Source of the DNA: an uncultured Gammaproteobacteria bacterium
Lineage (GTDB): Bacteria > Pseudomonadota > Gammaproteobacteria > GCA-002705445 > GCA-002716945
Assembly (NCBI GenBank): GCA_902628335.1
Contig: CACOMO010000003.1
Location: forward strand, 20,792 to 84,791
Length of the DNA: 64,000 nucleotides
Reading direction: 5' to 3'
Part shown: positions 61,050 to 64,000 of the stretch, one piece after another
Layout of the letters: every line of letters starts with the position of its first letter
How positions within the stretch are numbered: position 1 is the first letter of the stretch
Translations under genes and position numbers: made by a program
Notes under the pieces: model-generated
What the model saw: the letters and a program-made list of their open reading frames with translations, nothing else
What the model was told of the DNA's origin: nothing
Database searches by the model: none

Positions 61050-62881
61050 TGAGTTTATTACAAATCAAAGATCCTAAAACTGATGTGCAGTCTAAACAAA
61101 GATTTGTAGTAGGTATAGATTTTGGGACGACAAATTCAATTGTTTGCAGTTATGAAAATAGTAATTTCAAACATTACGAGCATAACGGTAATGATTTAGT
61201 GCCATCATCAATTAGTATTACTTCTGATCATGACGTAGCTGTGGGGTCATTATTAAATGATAAAGATACCTCATATTATATACCCTCTATTAAGAGGTTT
61301 ATTGGAGTTGATGATCAACAATTAGACTATCTAAAAAAGTATAATCATACATTTACCAATAAAGATAATATGCTAGCTCTTAATGTTTTCGATAAAGATT
61401 ACAGTGTTGTTGATCTTTCATCATTTATTTTTAATTTCCTCAAAGATCTTGCAGAAAAAAATGAGAATCGTTCACTAGAGGCTGCTGTAATTACCGTTCC
61501 TGCCTATTTTAACGATTTTCAGAGGCAAGCAGTTAAGAATGCTGCTTTATTGGCTAATATAGATGTTTTAAGACTGATTAATGAACCGACTGCTGCTGCA
61601 ATTGCATACGGACTAGAGTCTAATTCTATAGGTAAATTCGTAATATATGATCTGGGTGGTGGGACTTTTGATGTTTCTATTCTCTCTCTTGAAGAGGGAA
61701 TTTTTAAAGTTTTGTCTACAGACGGCAATACAATACTTGGTGGAGATGATATAGATTTTATAATTGCCAATTGGATAAAAGATAATTGTAAACATCTTAG
61801 ACATTTAGATCTTAGTACTTTAAAAGATCATGCTAAGAATATTAAAGAGCAATTCAATAATACAACTTCTGAAATTAATTATTCTATTGATAATCATGAT
61901 ATTACATTATCTAAGGGATTATTCAGAGAGTTGATATCACCCATAATTGATAAAACTATAAAGATCGTTAAATCAGCTATCAATGAATCAGGTATAGATC
62001 AGAATGATATTGATAGTTTTATTTTAGTCGGTGGATCTACTAGGATATTCGAGATAAAAAGTAGGCTTAGAGAAGTATTCAATTGTAATATTCTTGATGA
62101 TATAGATCCGGATAAAGTTGTAGCACAAGGCGCTGCTATTCAGGCAAATATATTATCTGGCAACTCAAAAGAGGATATACTTCTTTTAGATGTATTACCT
62201 TTGTCATTAGGCATAGAAACTATGGGTAACTTGTCTGAAAAAATAATCCCAAGAAATACAGCTATTCCAATCGTTGCCAGAAAGACATTTACAACTTTCA
62301 AAGATGGTCAAACGAAGTTACTTATACACATAATCCAAGGTGAGCGGGAATTAGTTAGTGACTGCAAATCTCTTGGTAGAATTATTCTTGAGAATATCCC
62401 ACCTATGGTAGCTGGAGCTCCAAGGATAGAGGTAGAATTTCAAATTGATGCTGACGGTCTTTTATCCGTAACTGCCACTGAAAAAAACTCTGAGACAAAA
62501 GCCTCTGCTATGATAAAGCCTGCTTATGGACTCACAGATAGTCAAATTACCAAAATGATCTCTGATGCGAACGCATCTGCTGAAGAGGATATGTCAGCGA
62601 GAAGATTATCAGAGTCCAAAGTTGAAGCTGAAAGAGTTATTTATGCTTTAGAGCAAGCATTAGACACCGATGGATCTGAACTATTAGATGAATCAGAGTA
62701 TGATGTTATTACATCTGAACTCTTAAAACTTAAAGAAATAGCGAATGGTAATGATTTTATGAAAATCGATAATCAGATAAAGGTCCTAGAATTAAAATCA
62801 GAATTTTACGTGGAGAGAAGAATGAATAGAAGCATCCAGTCATTAATTGCTGGTAGAGGCGTAGATGATGTTCTTGAGTGA
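61049..62881 (+). CDS. hscA: Fe-S protein assembly chaperone HscA
   Basis: Hsp70 signatures GIDFGTTNS, DLGGGTFDVS, VGGSTRI, VDPDKVVAQGAAIQA. 610 aa. Confidence 0.95.
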   Translation: MSLLQIKDPKTDVQSKQRFVVGIDFGTTNSIVCSYENSNFKHYEHNGNDLVPSSISITSDHDVAVGSLLNDKDTSYYIPSIKRFIGVDDQQLDYLKKYNHTFTNKDNMLALNVFDKDYSVVDLSSFIFNFLKDLAEKNENRSLEAAVITVPAYFNDFQRQAVKNAALLANIDVLRLINEPTAAAIAYGLESNSIGKFVIYDLGGGTFDVSILSLEEGIFKVLSTDGNTILGGDDIDFIIANWIKDNCKHLRHLDLSTLKDHAKNIKEQFNNTTSEINYSIDNHDITLSKGLFRELISPIIDKTIKIVKSAINESGIDQNDIDSFILVGGSTRIFEIKSRLREVFNCNILDDIDPDKVVAQGAAIQANILSGNSKEDILLLDVLPLSLGIETMGNLSEKIIPRNTAIPIVARKTFTTFKDGQTKLLIHIIQGERELVSDCKSLGRIILENIPPMVAGAPRIEVEFQIDADGLLSVTATEKNSETKASAMIKPAYGLTDSQITKMISDANASAEEDMSARRLSESKVEAERVIYALEQALDTDGSELLDESEYDVITSELLKLKEIANGNDFMKIDNQIKVLELKSEFYVERRMNRSIQSLIAGRGVDDVLE

Positions 62882-62887
62882 GATATT

Positions 62888-63226
62888 ATGCCTAAAATAA
62901 CTTTTTTACCCAACCCAGACATTTGTCCTGATGGAGCTGAATTTGAAGTCCCTAAAGGCACAAGTATCTGTAAGGCAGCACTTGATAATGGCATACCACT
63001 TGAGCATGCTTGTGAACTTTCGTGTGCTTGCACAACATGTCATGTTTATGTTGTACAGGGAATAAACTCGCTCACTGAACCAACTGAAGACGAGGATGAT
63101 TACTTAGATAAAGCATGGGGTCTGAGAACTAACTCTCGTTTAAGCTGTCAAGCAATTGTAAATGATGAGGATTTAGTGATAGAAATCCCAAAATATACTA
63201 TTAACCATGCATCGGAGAATGGATAG
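62888..63226 (+). CDS. fdx: ISC-system [2Fe-2S] ferredoxin
   Basis: Adrenodoxin-type Cys pattern C..(5)..C..C..(n)..C ([13 protein letters not shown] ... SRLSCQ). 112 aa. Confidence 0.93.
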   Translation: MPKITFLPNPDICPDGAEFEVPKGTSICKAALDNGIPLEHACELSCACTTCHVYVVQGINSLTEPTEDEDDYLDKAWGLRTNSRLSCQAIVNDEDLVIEIPKYTINHASENG

Positions 63227-63420
63227 TGTTAAAGTGGACGGATACTCTTGAAATAGCTATAGAGTTAAATGATAATTTACCCGATATAGATCCTAAGTAT
63301 GTAAGATATACTGATTTACATGGGTGGATATGCGACTTGGAGAATTTTGATGATGATCCAAATAAATCTAATGAAAAAATACTTGAAGCTATACAAATGG
63401 CATGGATAGAGGAGAAATAA
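63226..63420 (+). CDS. iscX: Fe-S assembly protein IscX
   Basis: [13 protein letters not shown]....[35 protein letters not shown] closely parallels E. coli IscX. GTG start overlaps the fdx stop. Confidence 0.88.
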   Translation: MLKWTDTLEIAIELNDNLPDIDPKYVRYTDLHGWICDLENFDDDPNKSNEKILEAIQMAWIEEK

Positions 63421-63422
63421 TC

Positions 63423-63821
63423 ATGGAGAAGACATTAGCAATTATAAAACCGGATGCAACAGAGAGGAATATTGTAGGCGAAATTATAAGAATAATCGAA
63501 AAAAATAAGTTTAAGATACTTAGATTAAATTCAATGATGTTAACGGAGTCAAAAGCTAAAGAGTTTTATGGCGTTCACTCATCAAAACCGTTTTATAATG
63601 ATCTTATTGAATATATGACTTCTGGAATGATCGTGGCTATCGAACTAGAAAAAGATAATGCTGTAAAAGAGTTTAGAGATCTCATCGGAGACACAAACCC
63701 TGAGCATGCAAAAAATGGTACAATCAGAAAGATGTTTGCAATAAACCAATCAAATAATTCAATTCATGGATCAGATAGTAAAGAAAATGCAATTAAAGAA
63801 ATAAACTTAATTTTCAATTGA
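63423..63821 (+). CDS. ndk: Nucleoside diphosphate kinase
   Basis: MEKTLAIIKPDA start and the active-site NSIHGSDS. The track start at 63402 overlaps iscX and is over-extended. Confidence 0.93.
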   Translation: MEKTLAIIKPDATERNIVGEIIRIIEKNKFKILRLNSMMLTESKAKEFYGVHSSKPFYNDLIEYMTSGMIVAIELEKDNAVKEFRDLIGDTNPEHAKNGTIRKMFAINQSNNSIHGSDSKENAIKEINLIFN

Positions 63822-63825
63822 TACA

Positions 63826-64000
63826 ATGAGTAATAAACACACCACATCACTAAGAGGTTTTAAAGATGTACTGCCAGAAGAACTTTATTATTATCGTTTA
63901 ATAGAGGATGTATTTAAGAAAATCACTAATTCATATTCAATTAATGAGTTAAGGACACCATTGCTAGAGAGCACAACTATTTTTGATAAATCTCTGGGGA
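63826..64000 (+). CDS. hisS: Histidine--tRNA ligase, N-terminal fragment (continues beyond window)
   Basis: Own translation MSNKHTTSLRGFKDVLPEELYYYRLIEDVFKKITNSYSINELRTPLLESTTIFDKSLG. It parallels the HisS N-terminus (..RG..D.LP.E......IE........Y.E.R.P..E....F). Confidence 0.85.
   Translation, partial: MSNKHTTSLRGFKDVLPEELYYYRLIEDVFKKITNSYSINELRTPLLESTTIFDKSLG

Noticed and set aside
1-64000. CRISPR arrays, rRNA genes, IS elements/transposases, prophage genes
   Set aside because: No regularly spaced direct repeats, no rRNA-like conserved blocks and no transposase, integrase (other than xerD) or phage structural ORFs were seen on either strand.

Overview
This is an AT-rich, tightly packed chromosomal segment from a streamlined gammaproteobacterium. 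The lineage cannot be named from sequence alone. Nearly all of it is conserved housekeeping synteny: xerD-dsbC / sbcB / parE-parC-htpX-efp; aroC-leuCDB-asd-fimV-truA-trpFBA-accD-folC-dedD-cvpA-purF; gyrA-pheA-hisC-tyrA-aroA-cmk-rpsA-ihfB-lapAB-pyrF; queA-tgt-yajC-secDF; and suhB-like / trmJ-iscR-iscS-iscA-hscBA-fdx-iscX-ndk-hisS. Genes often overlap by a few bases, and several use GTG or TTG starts. Many ORF-track starts are N-terminally over-extended and are corrected below.

The one clearly accessory segment lies at about 48.5-51.0 kb. There, a tRNA-Leu(CAA) gene is split exactly in its anticodon loop by a 2.4-kb insertion flanked by an 8-bp direct repeat. The insertion has no integrase or transposase. 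It carries a three-gene operon: a 72-aa unknown ORF, a C5 cytosine DNA methyltransferase and a putative restriction endonuclease. The operon sits behind a promoter and a palindromic operator. The insertion also carries its own intact but sequence-divergent tRNA-Leu(CAA), which appears to replace the gene it destroyed.

Other points of interest:
- The isc operon lacks iscU.
- Two intact ORFs are homologous to enzymes (MtaD-type amidohydrolase, SuhB) but have lost catalytic signatures.
- A His/Asp-rich CXXCH mini-protein is paired with a TonB-dependent receptor that has a Glu/His-rich loop.
- There are unannotated sub-60-aa ORFs.
- Ribosomal protein S1 has five domains.

No CRISPR array, rRNA gene or IS element was seen.
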